From a virus, in the IMG/VR virus record IMGVR_UViG_3300044633_000899, positions 23,306 to 87,305 of that record: a DNA stretch of 64,000 nt. One strand, written 5' to 3'. Of the stretch, positions 48,201-58,350 are shown in pieces (the first letter of the stretch is position 1; every line of letters begins with the position of its first letter). The notes beneath the pieces were generated by a model. That model had not been told where the DNA came from. It did no database searches and saw nothing but the letters and a program-made list of their open reading frames with translations. A program made the position numbers and the translations under genes.

Positions 48201-48734
48201 ATGGGAAAAAATGTAGATTTAACTGAACAATTGTATGAAGAGTTAAAAAAAAGAAATATGCTTGAACAAGAAGAAATTGAAGATCAGGATGACACGGATG
48301 AAGAAGAAGAGACTATTTCTGATGAAGATAATGATGAAGATGACGATAATGAAGATGAGGTAGAATCAAATGATGATTTTTGTGAAATGGTTTGTAATAT
48401 ATTACACTCAAGAAATCAAGCGCATGTGTTTCACCTTCAGACACAATCATTCGCTGAACACAAAGCATTAAACGATTATTATGACGGTGTTGTTGATTTA
48501 TTTGATGGTATCATAGAGTCTTACCAAGGTAAGTATGGTATTATTAAAAATTTTAAAACTTTTAAAATTAATCAATACAAAAATAAAAATAAAACAATTT
48601 CATATTTTGAAAGTTTATTAGATATCATTGAAAATAATAGAGATTCTGTTGATGATACATATATTCAGAATCAAATAGATACTGTCCAGGAATTAATTAA
48701 TTCAACAATATATAAATTAAAATATCTTAAATAA
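48201..48734 (+). CDS. acidic N-terminal tail + possible ferritin/Dps-like helical domain
   Basis: DEDDDNEDE tract; HSRNQAHVFHLQTQSFAEHKALNDYYD loosely Dps-like. Confidence 0.35.
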   Translation: MGKNVDLTEQLYEELKKRNMLEQEEIEDQDDTDEEEETISDEDNDEDDDNEDEVESNDDFCEMVCNILHSRNQAHVFHLQTQSFAEHKALNDYYDGVVDLFDGIIESYQGKYGIIKNFKTFKINQYKNKNKTISYFESLLDIIENNRDSVDDTYIQNQIDTVQELINSTIYKLKYLK

Positions 48735-49063
48735 TGAGACAAAAAAACAACGAGAATCAACAAAACAATAAAGATTGTGAAATTGATTCTCGTGTTTTTA
48801 ATTTTTTGATACGTAGATTAAACACTGAAGAAAAAATACATTTTTCAGATTTGAGAGTTGTTACCTATTCTTTTGAAGGTTACCCAAATTATGGGTTTAC
48901 TAATTTTATGAATAAAAAACAAATGGAATCAAGAATTATTTTGTTATTGAGTGAAAACGATATTGTTGATATTGATTTATATTCCAGTTTTAAAAAATTC
49001 AATCCTGAAATACAAAAAATAATTAGAACTGTTCGGGTATTTTTAAATTCTATTTTGAGATAA
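48734..49063 (+). CDS. hypothetical protein (109 aa)
   Basis: ORF. Confidence 0.4.
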   Translation: MRQKNNENQQNNKDCEIDSRVFNFLIRRLNTEEKIHFSDLRVVTYSFEGYPNYGFTNFMNKKQMESRIILLLSENDIVDIDLYSSFKKFNPEIQKIIRTVRVFLNSILR

Positions 49064-49064
49064 T

Positions 49065-50051
49065 CTACCAAGTAACATTACAACCAGACATAGGTAAACC
49101 ACTTTTATTACCAAAATCAATAACAAAACTACTAATAGTGTTCTCAATATAGTCTCTAAATTCAAAAGATTCTTCGAAATCATCAAATGGTGATTGTGTA
49201 CTACTAAATCTAAGAGGTTCATCGTTTTCATCATAAACAACACCTTCGGTCACTGTTGCGTCAACGTAACAATATATTTTACCATCTTCATCATCAAAAC
49301 GGATAGAATCTATAGTAAACCTAAGTTTACCTTCAAACCAATCATCAGAAAAATCATTTTCAGTGAAAACTTGATCCTCAAGTAATTCTTTAATAATTTG
49401 TGCGCGACTATTGATATCACTATATTCGGCATAAAACTCCATAATATTTTTTAGTTTTGATTTTAAACCCATTCTTTTAATATCATTATAATTTAATTTA
49501 ACTTCTAAACCACTTTCTTTTTGTTTATCCCAAAGATTAAATAAGAACACTTTAAAAGGGTCATTATTTGTCTCAACAATTCTATTTTTTTTACGTAAAG
49601 TTTTTGACTCGTAATATTGATTAAATTTGTTTAACATTTTATAATATTGTTGTAACAAATCGTACCTATCAAATTTATTTGATAACCAGTTTTCACCATT
49701 TCTATATTCGTTATTTTGGTCATCAAAAGTTATAAAGTTATTTGGGTTGTTACCATATAAACGATAAATAGCAAAAGCATTACTACCAAGTTTTTCTTTT
49801 ATTTCTTTATTTCTAATTACGATATAACCTAAAACGCCCAATTTTATATGTTTATTAAAATCTTTATCACAATCTCGTTTTGTTGTACACCATTTTGTGT
49901 CGGATCCATATTTTCTTGAAGCACTATGTGTTAACGGAATTGTTAATATAAAGTCATCGTCACGATACAACTCAACGGATTCGTCGGTTGAAACTTTATG
50001 TACTTCTTTTAAAATTTTTTTAATAATCGTCTTCATCATCAAATTCTTCAA
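49065..50051 (-). CDS. leader-peptide + WCT-motif domain protein
   Basis: MKTIIKKILKE N-terminus; SRKYGSDTKWCTTKRD block shared with 24948 and 13635. Confidence 0.55.
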   Translation of the reverse strand: MKNLMMKTIIKKILKEVHKVSTDESVELYRDDDFILTIPLTHSASRKYGSDTKWCTTKRDCDKDFNKHIKLGVLGYIVIRNKEIKEKLGSNAFAIYRLYGNNPNNFITFDDQNNEYRNGENWLSNKFDRYDLLQQYYKMLNKFNQYYESKTLRKKNRIVETNNDPFKVFLFNLWDKQKESGLEVKLNYNDIKRMGLKSKLKNIMEFYAEYSDINSRAQIIKELLEDQVFTENDFSDDWFEGKLRFTIDSIRFDDEDGKIYCYVDATVTEGVVYDENDEPLRFSSTQSPFDDFEESFEFRDYIENTISSFVIDFGNKSGLPMSGCNVTW

Positions 50052-50655
50052 TATCGTAAGTGTAATTTTGTTGAAACTCTATAATCCATATTGTGTCAAA
50101 ATATTTATTTAATTGTTCGTCAGTTAAATCAACAATTGGTATATTTTCACCATCAATATACGCCATAGTACGACCAACAGATTTAAACCATTCAATTTTT
50201 TGTTCTCTATTGTAATTCGGTATCTTTTTTTGAATTTCAGATTTACATAAACCACCTTTAAAATTATAAGGTGCAACACGATCAACATCAGTTAATGAAA
50301 GTTTTGAACGACTATTAAAATCATCAAGATATGTCTCTTCAATGTAATCACCTATCATTTCAGTAACTAAACCCTTTCTAATTTTAAAATACTTACTAAC
50401 CTCATTGATTATTTTATCATCTATTAATATTTCAACATCTTTATCGGTACCCATAAATAGACCAATTTCTTTACCATTAGAACAAAATTCAACACGATAG
50501 TCACCGTATGTTTGATCTTCAGTATAATGGTCTAAAGTATATCTCTTAAACACTAAGTTAATATACTTCATAATTATTGAATATAACTCTGGTGTTACTT
50601 TATTATAACGTTTTTTTATTTCTTCCCTTAAAATTTTTTTAATAATTGATCGCAT
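50020..50655 (-). CDS. leader-peptide family protein (MRSIIKKILREEIKK)
   Basis: N-terminal motif; overlaps the downstream gene by 32 nt. Confidence 0.55.
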   Translation of the reverse strand: MRSIIKKILREEIKKRYNKVTPELYSIIMKYINLVFKRYTLDHYTEDQTYGDYRVEFCSNGKEIGLFMGTDKDVEILIDDKIINEVSKYFKIRKGLVTEMIGDYIEETYLDDFNSRSKLSLTDVDRVAPYNFKGGLCKSEIQKKIPNYNREQKIEWFKSVGRTMAYIDGENIPIVDLTDEQLNKYFDTIWIIEFQQNYTYDIEEFDDEDDY

Positions 50656-50692
50656 ATTTTTATAAATAGTGGTATTATTTGTAAATTTTTAT

Positions 50693-50700
50693 TATATTTG
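50693..50700 (+). promoter_or_regulatory. -7 promoter element TAtaTTTG
   Basis: tatatttg 11 nt before ATG 50712. Confidence 0.4.
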
Positions 50701-50711
50701 TAAAAAAAACT

Positions 50712-51065
50712 ATGGCACATCCATTAATTCATGCAAAAAGTTCTGTCAAGAAAAATGGTGGTAAAATAGAAGATTATATTGATATCCATAATTGGTTTGA
50801 TGAAACTAAAGCCTGGGTTGGTAATAGTACTCACAGAATGTTTAGACATCATTCTGAGGGGATTTTTGAGTGTGAGAGAATATTTGGAACGTCTTTTGAA
50901 AATAGTGACGGGAAAACCGTTTATACTAGGTATATTGGAGAACAACACGTTAAAGAGGATTGCTTCAACTATATCCCAACGGCTAAAGAATGGATTATAG
51001 CGTTGGAATCAAAAGAAAAACCATTATGGATGATACGAACTTTGGAGTTAAAATTTGACGATTAG
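50712..51065 (+). CDS. hypothetical protein (117 aa)
   Basis: ORF. Confidence 0.5.
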   Translation: MAHPLIHAKSSVKKNGGKIEDYIDIHNWFDETKAWVGNSTHRMFRHHSEGIFECERIFGTSFENSDGKTVYTRYIGEQHVKEDCFNYIPTAKEWIIALESKEKPLWMIRTLELKFDD

Positions 51066-51080
51066 TCTATATTTATTTAT

Positions 51081-51722
51081 ATGAAACAAAAATTTAAAAT
51101 ATTACTAACATATTTAAAACCAATAAAAAAACCGATATCTGTTACTTGGTTTGTGTATGATGCAGAACCAGATTGGTTTGCACTATTAATATCGGACAAT
51201 TTAACTATACAACAAAATATATTAAATATAATAATTGAAATCGCTGAGGATAATTGGGAGGATGTGTTAGATAATGTTTATTCAGATATAAATAACTATC
51301 AATACATCTTAACAATTGATCCTATTAATAATGAAATTAGATTAAACTGTTTGGTTGAAGAAGATGTTGATTCTGACGATTATAGAACATATCAGATTAA
51401 TGATGATGTGTTTTTAAAATATATGAAAGATAATAATATTACTGAAATTACTTGTGGGTATAATGGTAGTGGTGATGACGGATCAATAAATGATATTATA
51501 GTTAATGGTGAAAAATCAGATGATACCAAGATTGATGAATTTTTATATAATCAATTAGAAAAAACATTTTTAGGTTGGGAAATGGATTCAGGTTCATATG
51601 GTGATATAACAATTGATAATGAAGGGTTAATAACATTTAATCATATGTGGATGGAGAGAGATTGGTTTGAAGACGATTGGGAAAAAACATTAACGATAAA
51701 TAATATTGACGATGAGAGATAA
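51081..51722 (+). CDS. acidic protein (tandem paralog of 51706)
   Basis: WEMDSGSYGDITIDNEGLITFNHMW vs WNESGGYSGDIRIWGDDIILNCVKH. Confidence 0.5.
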   Translation: MKQKFKILLTYLKPIKKPISVTWFVYDAEPDWFALLISDNLTIQQNILNIIIEIAEDNWEDVLDNVYSDINNYQYILTIDPINNEIRLNCLVEEDVDSDDYRTYQINDDVFLKYMKDNNITEITCGYNGSGDDGSINDIIVNGEKSDDTKIDEFLYNQLEKTFLGWEMDSGSYGDITIDNEGLITFNHMWMERDWFEDDWEKTLTINNIDDER

Positions 51723-52413
51723 ACTGAGAATGTTATTTGCCTATTTTAGAGGTTTTAAAAGTCAAACTGTAACAACTTCAATACTAATTGATGACGCTGA
51801 TAATGAGATTTTTGATTGGGATCAAAATTATTTTTTTGAACCTGATAAAAGATACACACCCATTCAACCGATAAATGATACAATTGAAAAACTTATCAAA
51901 ATTTATTATGATGAATTAACCAAACATAATACATATGAATGGGATACTTTATGGTCTTTAGATATAACAATATCACCATTTGAGAATAAAATATTATTTG
52001 AAAGTGAATGTAAACAACCGCACGATATTGATATTGATAGAATGTTTGAGATTAAAGATATGAACTCAACTAGAAAACAACCAGTATTAGATTTCCAATC
52101 AAAGGTTGAAGCGACAATTATAGACATTCAGTTCTTTGGGAGTTATGATAGTGGTGAAGTTACAAATTTAGAGTTTGATAACCGAGAAAAACCTATTAAT
52201 GGACCAGATTGGGACGAAGACGATCTCCTTAATGTTGTTGATTCAATAATGACTTCGTTTGATAGTAGATATTGGAATGAAAGTGGGGGTTACAGTGGTG
52301 ACATTAGAATATGGGGTGATGATATAATATTGAATTGTGTTAAGCATGAATTAGAGTATTCACCAACAGGATTGAATTTAGTAGTAACACCTGAAAATGT
52401 AAAAGATGAATAA
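51706..52413 (+). CDS. acidic protein (tandem paralog of 51081)
   Basis: See 51081. Confidence 0.5.
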   Translation: MTMRDKLRMLFAYFRGFKSQTVTTSILIDDADNEIFDWDQNYFFEPDKRYTPIQPINDTIEKLIKIYYDELTKHNTYEWDTLWSLDITISPFENKILFESECKQPHDIDIDRMFEIKDMNSTRKQPVLDFQSKVEATIIDIQFFGSYDSGEVTNLEFDNREKPINGPDWDEDDLLNVVDSIMTSFDSRYWNESGGYSGDIRIWGDDIILNCVKHELEYSPTGLNLVVTPENVKDE

Positions 52414-53257
52414 TGATCAAATAATTAGTGAAGTTAGAAACGAGTCAATGTTAAATAAAAAACAAGATCGTATAATAACGATTGATGACACAATAATTAA
52501 AAAATACATCAATATTAACGTATATGGTTACGATAATGATTATAATAATTTAAATATTGATTATATCTCCAAACATAGAGGTTTTCCAAATTTAATTAAT
52601 AGGTTATTATATGAGGTTTATGTTGATTATTTAAATGATAATGAAGATAAAACAATGACTGGTATTGTAGGTATTTTTACACCAAATGAATATACCAATT
52701 GGTCAATACTTAATTATTTTGGTGGACATAAATTTGTTAAAGACATTTTAATCCAGGAGTTTAAAAACGATAAAACAACACAAAAAACGCCAAAAGAATT
52801 TTACCGTTGGTTAATAACCAATAAGAGTATGTTGTTTGGTGAAAAATCACAGATTTTAAAAAAGTTGGTTAGAACAAACCTAAATACTTTTAATAAAGGA
52901 ACAAAAACGGAATTATTTTTAACAAAAGTACTTAAAGAATCTGGATTTGATGTTAAGTACTTTCCGCCAGGTTCAACATATGATAGAAAATATGGTATTG
53001 ATTTAATTATAAATAACACCTCATACCAAATTAAAGAATTAGTTGGGATTGAGGAATTAAATGATGGGTATTATTTAAAAACACCATTACCTAAAGAATA
53101 TAAAAACCTTAATGTTAAACGAATAATGTTAGTTGATATCAATAATGGTGAGTTTGTATCGTTTCCGAATAAAGATTATGTTGTTAGTCAGAAAGATAAT
53201 GCTTTTATTGTTGATAAATCTACTAAACTAAAAGTTGGAAATATATTTAAACTATGA
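52406..53257 (+). CDS. hypothetical protein (283 aa)
   Basis: ORF. Confidence 0.5.
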   Translation: MNNDQIISEVRNESMLNKKQDRIITIDDTIIKKYININVYGYDNDYNNLNIDYISKHRGFPNLINRLLYEVYVDYLNDNEDKTMTGIVGIFTPNEYTNWSILNYFGGHKFVKDILIQEFKNDKTTQKTPKEFYRWLITNKSMLFGEKSQILKKLVRTNLNTFNKGTKTELFLTKVLKESGFDVKYFPPGSTYDRKYGIDLIINNTSYQIKELVGIEELNDGYYLKTPLPKEYKNLNVKRIMLVDINNGEFVSFPNKDYVVSQKDNAFIVDKSTKLKVGNIFKL

Positions 53258-53760
53258 AAATAATTATAACCGAAAGCCAATATAAATTCTTAACTGAAAA
53301 TTTTGATTCTGTTTTGGATATATACTCAAAGAAAAATAAAGGTGAAACATTAAAACCTTCCGAATTGGATGTGTTAAAAGTTTTTAATGATTATGTAAAA
53401 AAAGGTGGCACACCAGAAGAATTTGTTTTTAATCAAGACGATGTTTATGGATTTGATGAGAGAGAAGGTATGTTATTTAATTATAATCTAAAAGGTCGGC
53501 CATTACAATTTGAGTTCACTGAAGAAACTGAAACCGAAAATGATATTGACTATTTTGGTGAAATAACATTTGATGGTGATGAATACCTCGGCGTTATTGT
53601 AACGGATAAAAATGGTTATTTAATTGATTATGATTTTTACTCAACGTTAACAAAAGGTGATGTTAGATTACAGGAATTATTAATTGTTGATAATAGTGAT
53701 GCAGAATTTAGAAATTTTTTACAAGAAATGGTTATTAACGTTTTAATAAATGAAAAATAA
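53254..53760 (+). CDS. leader-peptide family protein (MKIIITESQYKFL)
   Basis: N-terminal motif shared with 27074 and 55672. Confidence 0.5.
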   Translation: MKIIITESQYKFLTENFDSVLDIYSKKNKGETLKPSELDVLKVFNDYVKKGGTPEEFVFNQDDVYGFDEREGMLFNYNLKGRPLQFEFTEETETENDIDYFGEITFDGDEYLGVIVTDKNGYLIDYDFYSTLTKGDVRLQELLIVDNSDAEFRNFLQEMVINVLINEK

Positions 53761-54148
53761 TTTAAAAGAAAAATTAAAGGACTTAATCAAAAAGGTTGGT
53801 TTTGAATCAACGATAAGAGTTGTCGGATCCTTGGATAAAACTTTTGAAATTTTTGACATTAAAAAGCCAATGGATTTCTTAAATTTATTTAATGACCTAG
53901 AATCAGTTCAGAGTGAAGAACGTCAAGAGTGGACATTGTATAGATATAAAAAGGGACATAATTTAATGGTTTACAATAGAGAAAATGATTATGTTTATAT
54001 CAATTATGATGAAATTTGGTCAGTTTTGGGAGATAAATTCGGTCTTAACTACTCTGAAATACAGGATCTTACAAAGAGATGGTTGGATGAGGTCTACAAT
54101 TTAAGGGGAGTCACACCTAACGAAGTATACTATTACGTTTGGTGCTAG
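53750..54148 (+). CDS. repeat-associated family protein C
   Basis: MKNNLKEKLKDLIKKVGFESTIRVVGSLDKTFEIFD...WLDEVYNLRGVTP then spacer-encoded NEVYYYVWC stop. Confidence 0.7.
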   Translation: MKNNLKEKLKDLIKKVGFESTIRVVGSLDKTFEIFDIKKPMDFLNLFNDLESVQSEERQEWTLYRYKKGHNLMVYNRENDYVYINYDEIWSVLGDKFGLNYSEIQDLTKRWLDEVYNLRGVTPNEVYYYVWC

Positions 54149-54183
54149 TTGGATGAGGTCTACAATTTAAGGGGAGTCACACC
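54082..54183 (+). CRISPR. CRISPR-like mini-array C: two perfect 36-nt repeats, one 30-nt spacer
   Basis: GTTGGATGAGGTCTACAATTTAAGGGGAGTCACACC at 54082-54117 and 54148-54183. Confidence 0.4.
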
Positions 54184-54231
54184 TAATACTAAATATTTAA
54201 ATTCTTATGATATTTATAAATAAATAATATT

Positions 54232-55668
54232 GTGAAAATTTTATTAAACGAGAAACAATTCAAAAATATTGTAGTTCTATTATCTGAAGATGACGATAAA
54301 AAAATAAACGTAATGTTTGTTGGTGACAGCCATAGTGATGGCCAAGGGTACACCTGGAATTATGATTTAGAGAAACAACATCCAGAATGGAATGTAACAC
54401 ATATTGTAAAAGGTGGTAAAACAACAGAGTGGATGTTAGAAAATATGTTACCAGAATTATCAAAAAAACATTATGATTTAGTTTTCATATTAGGTGGTAC
54501 AAATGATGTTATGTCACCATTACCAATAGAGACACCAATCAACAATATTCAAAAAATGGTTAATGCAGTCAACACCCAAGGTGGAAAAGCAATTGTTGTT
54601 ATCGGATTTGATAGTGAATCTATTATGGATGTAAATAAATTACGAACAACGAAATATTGTGACAAAGAATGTTTAAAAAAGTTTAAACCAAAAAGAGTTG
54701 AATTCCAACGTAAATTAGAAAGTTCAATCCAAAACGCAACAATAGTACCACCACTTGTTGGTGATTACACTTGGGCAAATGATGGTATACACGTCGGCGG
54801 ATCAAAACACAAACTATTATCAAGTACCGTTGAAAATTATATAACAAAAGGTGAGGTTAAAAACCAAAAAAAATCACTAATTAATCAACTATTAGACAAG
54901 TATACAGAAGTAATCCAAAACAAAAGTACAATTGACGCAATAAGTCCAAGAAAAGAGATTAAATTATTACAAATACTTTTTTCAATTGCTGAAGGTCAAA
55001 AGAACAGAAATTTTTCTGGTACATTAGATTCTGACACCATTACTAGACTTAAAAAATATCAAACAACTAATAATTTACCGAATACAGGTATTTTTGATTA
55101 TCAAACAATTTATAGTATAAACAACAAGATAAGCCCAAAATTAAATAAAGTTTTAAAACCAGAAATGGCAAAAGAAACAATATCAGATCCTGGATCCTCA
55201 ATTGTTAGTACGAGTAAATTAGTTAATGATTTAAAATCATTTGGTTTAACTGAAAATGCTGCAAAAGGTTTGACAGCAAACGCATATGGTGAAAGTGGTT
55301 TAAATTATAAAGCGAAAGGTGATTCGGGTTCCTATGCGAAGAACACTACAAAATCAATTGATATTGGTGGTAAAAAATATTGTTCATTTGGTTTATGGCA
55401 ATTTAATGTGTGTGGTGGGTTAGGTATTGAGTTTTTAAAAAAATACAATACACTTAACAGTGGTAATACGGATAAAATAGAAACTCTGTTTGATTATAAT
55501 AAACAATTAGAGATTATGGGTTCTAAGATAATGAAAGAACAATCTAAAGGTGATAAGAGTGTTAAAACTTGGATTGACTGGATTGTTGATAATGTTGAAC
55601 GACCTGCTGACAAATCTGGTGCAAAACAAAAACGACAAAATTTTGCTAAACAACAAGGTTGGATATAA
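54232..55668 (+). CDS. three-domain cell-wall hydrolase: SGNH/GDSL esterase + PG-binding domain + phage tail-lysozyme-like domain
   Basis: VMFVGDSHSDG and ILGGTNDV (SGNH blocks I and III); LDSDTITRLKKYQTTNNLPNTGIFDYQT (PG_binding_1-like); C-terminal GLWQFN-containing domain. Confidence 0.55.
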   Translation: MKILLNEKQFKNIVVLLSEDDDKKINVMFVGDSHSDGQGYTWNYDLEKQHPEWNVTHIVKGGKTTEWMLENMLPELSKKHYDLVFILGGTNDVMSPLPIETPINNIQKMVNAVNTQGGKAIVVIGFDSESIMDVNKLRTTKYCDKECLKKFKPKRVEFQRKLESSIQNATIVPPLVGDYTWANDGIHVGGSKHKLLSSTVENYITKGEVKNQKKSLINQLLDKYTEVIQNKSTIDAISPRKEIKLLQILFSIAEGQKNRNFSGTLDSDTITRLKKYQTTNNLPNTGIFDYQTIYSINNKISPKLNKVLKPEMAKETISDPGSSIVSTSKLVNDLKSFGLTENAAKGLTANAYGESGLNYKAKGDSGSYAKNTTKSIDIGGKKYCSFGLWQFNVCGGLGIEFLKKYNTLNSGNTDKIETLFDYNKQLEIMGSKIMKEQSKGDKSVKTWIDWIVDNVERPADKSGAKQKRQNFAKQQGWI

Positions 55669-55671
55669 GTG

Positions 55672-56121
55672 ATGAAAATAATAATAACTGAAAATCAATA
55701 TAAATTGATTAAAGAAAATATTTCTTTAAAAGAAAAATTATTGGGTTTAATCAAAAAAGTTGGATTTAAATCTGTTGTAAAAATTGTCGGATCTTTGGAT
55801 AAAACATTTGAAATTTTTGATATCAAAAAACCAATGGATTTCTTAAACTTGTATAATGATTTGGAATCAGTTCAGAGTGAGGAACAACCTGATTGGACTT
55901 TATTTCGTTATGAAAAACACAAAAATTTAATGATTTACCATAGAAAAAATGACTACGTTTACATCAATTATGATGAAATTTGGTCAGTTTTGGAAGATAA
56001 ATTTGGTCTTAACTACTCTGAAATACAAAAACTTACAGAGAGGTGGTTGGATGAGGTATACAATTTAAGGGGAGTCACACCAACGGAAGGAAATTGGAAC
56101 CAAAAAGATTGGGTTGGATGA
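55672..56121 (+). CDS. repeat-associated family protein D with leader MKIIITENQYKLIKENISLKEKL
   Basis: Module about 75% identical to A-C; stop codon lies inside the second repeat copy. Confidence 0.7.
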   Translation: MKIIITENQYKLIKENISLKEKLLGLIKKVGFKSVVKIVGSLDKTFEIFDIKKPMDFLNLYNDLESVQSEEQPDWTLFRYEKHKNLMIYHRKNDYVYINYDEIWSVLEDKFGLNYSEIQKLTERWLDEVYNLRGVTPTEGNWNQKDWVG

Positions 56122-56148
56122 GGTCTACAATTAAAATAGCCACACAAA
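56046..56148 (+). CRISPR. CRISPR-like mini-array D: 36-nt repeat + 31-nt spacer + 3'-degenerate repeat
   Basis: Repeat at 56046-56081 (1 mismatch), second copy 56113-56148 diverges after about nt 20. Confidence 0.4.
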
Positions 56149-56213
56149 TAACAATAATATAATTTGTTAATATCAAATTATATTATTATTTTTTTAATCA
56201 AAAGTTAATCATT

Positions 56214-56600
56214 ATGAATGAAAATAATAAATTATATTGTACTGACTGTAAAAAAATAACAAACCACATACCAAAATTATCAGCACTTATGGATGGTTGT
56301 ATGGTCTGTGATAATTGTTCAAAGATGAATGGTTTTTGTTCTTTAATTAAAGTCGGTGACGATAATTTTCAAAAACATTCTAAAGAAGTACGTTGGGTTG
56401 AATTTAATGAAGAGGGTAAAGGTAAAGAACTACGTGATAAAGTCGTAGTCGGTTCTAGTTTAATTATGAGTCCATTTAATGAATCTTTCACCTGGATGAC
56501 AACAATAGTTACTGAGATCGTAGAAGAACGTGATAATTACGTACATTTCAAAACAGAAAATACTGAATACAAACTATACTATAACATACAAAATGTTTAG
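56214..56600 (+). CDS. zinc-ribbon protein
   Basis: CTDCKK...CMVCDNC. Confidence 0.45.
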   Translation: MNENNKLYCTDCKKITNHIPKLSALMDGCMVCDNCSKMNGFCSLIKVGDDNFQKHSKEVRWVEFNEEGKGKELRDKVVVGSSLIMSPFNESFTWMTTIVTEIVEERDNYVHFKTENTEYKLYYNIQNV

Positions 56601-56669
56601 ATTTTCTTGGTTTGATATAAAATAATTAATTTTTTTTTTAAAAATGTTTTGTGGTTTGAAAAAAATGAT

Positions 56670-56677
56670 TACATTTG
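56670..56677 (+). promoter_or_regulatory. -7 promoter element TAcaTTTG
   Basis: tacatttg; the track ORF start at 56675 lies inside it, so the start was moved to 56702. Confidence 0.4.
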
Positions 56678-56701
56678 TACTGTAATCTTAAATTAATTAT
56701 T

Positions 56702-57073
56702 ATGTCAAGAACAAAAACATTAGGTCTTCACGAGTGGTCAAAGGAAGACACAATCATTACTTTGTATTTCGCAAAGTTCGGTACTTTTGGGTTATATTTA
56801 AAAACCGAAAAAGCGCTTGCCGATTTTATTGGTACGTCAGTTTCATCGTTTAAGATGCAAGTGGCAAACGTTAGGACGTTGTTGGGTAAACACGAAGCAA
56901 CATTATCCGATTATTCAAAACTACAAGAAGATGTTTTTTCTGAATTTAATCGTGTGTCACAACTTTCTTTGATGAATAAAGTACGATCCATTATTAATCA
57001 CGATGAAAATGAGTTAAGAGAAATTTTCAGTAAGATGGGTAAGGACTTTAGTAAGATGAGGAAAATCTCGTGA
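56702..57073 (+). CDS. hypothetical protein (MSRTKTLG...)
   Basis: ORF downstream of the promoter motif. Confidence 0.5.
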   Translation: MSRTKTLGLHEWSKEDTIITLYFAKFGTFGLYLKTEKALADFIGTSVSSFKMQVANVRTLLGKHEATLSDYSKLQEDVFSEFNRVSQLSLMNKVRSIINHDENELREIFSKMGKDFSKMRKIS

Positions 57074-57333
57074 TGACTATCAGAAACTGGTGTATTATGA
57101 ATATGACTGATTTTAGAGAGTCCGAAAAGTTTTTATTATCCTTGAACGTTGGTGAGGGTTATAATGATATTATTGTAACCAAAAAAACAAAAAAAAGGAT
57201 CCATTTATCAAACGGAAAAATTGTTACAATTAAAAATGGTGGTAATTTTTTATATTTGGACTCTGCTAAAAACGGTATCAATCAAATCCTAAGAGATATT
57301 CAAGGGTTTTTAATTTATAAAATTCATTGCTAA
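57070..57333 (+). CDS. hypothetical protein (87 aa)
   Basis: ORF. Confidence 0.4.
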   Translation: MMTIRNWCIMNMTDFRESEKFLLSLNVGEGYNDIIVTKKTKKRIHLSNGKIVTIKNGGNFLYLDSAKNGINQILRDIQGFLIYKIHC

Positions 57334-57528
57334 ATGAAAAAACCTTGTAAAGAATGTCCCCACTTTAATAGAAATCGTCATAACGATATGATTGTTGGTT
57401 TTGCTGAGAGAATTGGTAAGAAACACAATTGTCATATGACTGAAGGAAAAAAAGATTTGTGGAATGTTACAGATAATAAAATAGAGTGTTATGGATCAAG
57501 AAAAAATAAATTGGATTATATTATCTGA
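57334..57528 (+). CDS. Cys/His-rich small protein
   Basis: CKECPHF...HNCH...ECYG. Confidence 0.4.
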   Translation: MKKPCKECPHFNRNRHNDMIVGFAERIGKKHNCHMTEGKKDLWNVTDNKIECYGSRKNKLDYII

Positions 57529-58336
57529 CCCTTTAAACACACCACCTCATCACGGGGGACCACTGATATTACACTATATATCAAAAAAACTTTTAGAGTT
57601 TGGTGATAGAGTATGTATGAATCATCCGTTTTATGAGGGGTGTGAAAAAATAACTAAAGATTTTTTAAAAACTTTAAATACTAAAGAGTGGGTGCTTATA
57701 ACAACAGAAAACGATTTTAGGTTGGAAGATTTTAAATTTAAAACAGTTAGACTCATATTATTTACAGGAAAAAATATGGAAAAATACGGGAGTGATGAAT
57801 TAATATTTCAGTATGGTAAATCGTTTACTGTTGGAACTAAATATGAAAACGCTTTATCTATAAGACCGATTGTAACAAATATAAGTTTTTGGAAAGATTT
57901 AGAATGTCAGAGATCTGAAACACCACTAATACTACTTAAAAAGGGTGTTATATCTAAAGACGATAAAATTATTGAAGGTCGGTTAATTGATGAAGTAATT
58001 AATATGAATGACACAAGGGAAGTCATTGATTTTGAATTACTAAAACTTTTTAATACACATAAGACTTTTATTACATATGATAACAATACATTCCATTCAA
58101 CACAGGCAGCATTATGTGGTGCAATATCTATTGTTATCCCCGATGGTAAATTAAATGAAAAAGAGTGGAGAAGGTCTACAAAAAGAGAATATGGTATAGC
58201 ATACGGGAATAATAAAGAACAAATTGATTTTGCTTTAAATACTATTGATAATTTAAAAGAATTAATTAAATCTGAATTAAATAGAAGTCACGAAGAAATT
58301 TCTTTTCTTAGAGAAAAAGTTTTATTAAGTTTTTAA
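57491..58336 (+). CDS. possible glycosyltransferase (GT-B C-terminal-like)
   Basis: TYDNNTFHSTQAALCGAISIVIPDG resembles the GT1 E..G.PVI block; weak. Confidence 0.3.
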   Translation: MDQEKINWIILSDPLNTPPHHGGPLILHYISKKLLEFGDRVCMNHPFYEGCEKITKDFLKTLNTKEWVLITTENDFRLEDFKFKTVRLILFTGKNMEKYGSDELIFQYGKSFTVGTKYENALSIRPIVTNISFWKDLECQRSETPLILLKKGVISKDDKIIEGRLIDEVINMNDTREVIDFELLKLFNTHKTFITYDNNTFHSTQAALCGAISIVIPDGKLNEKEWRRSTKREYGIAYGNNKEQIDFALNTIDNLKELIKSELNRSHEEISFLREKVLLSF

Positions 58337-58350
58337 TACTTATATTATAT

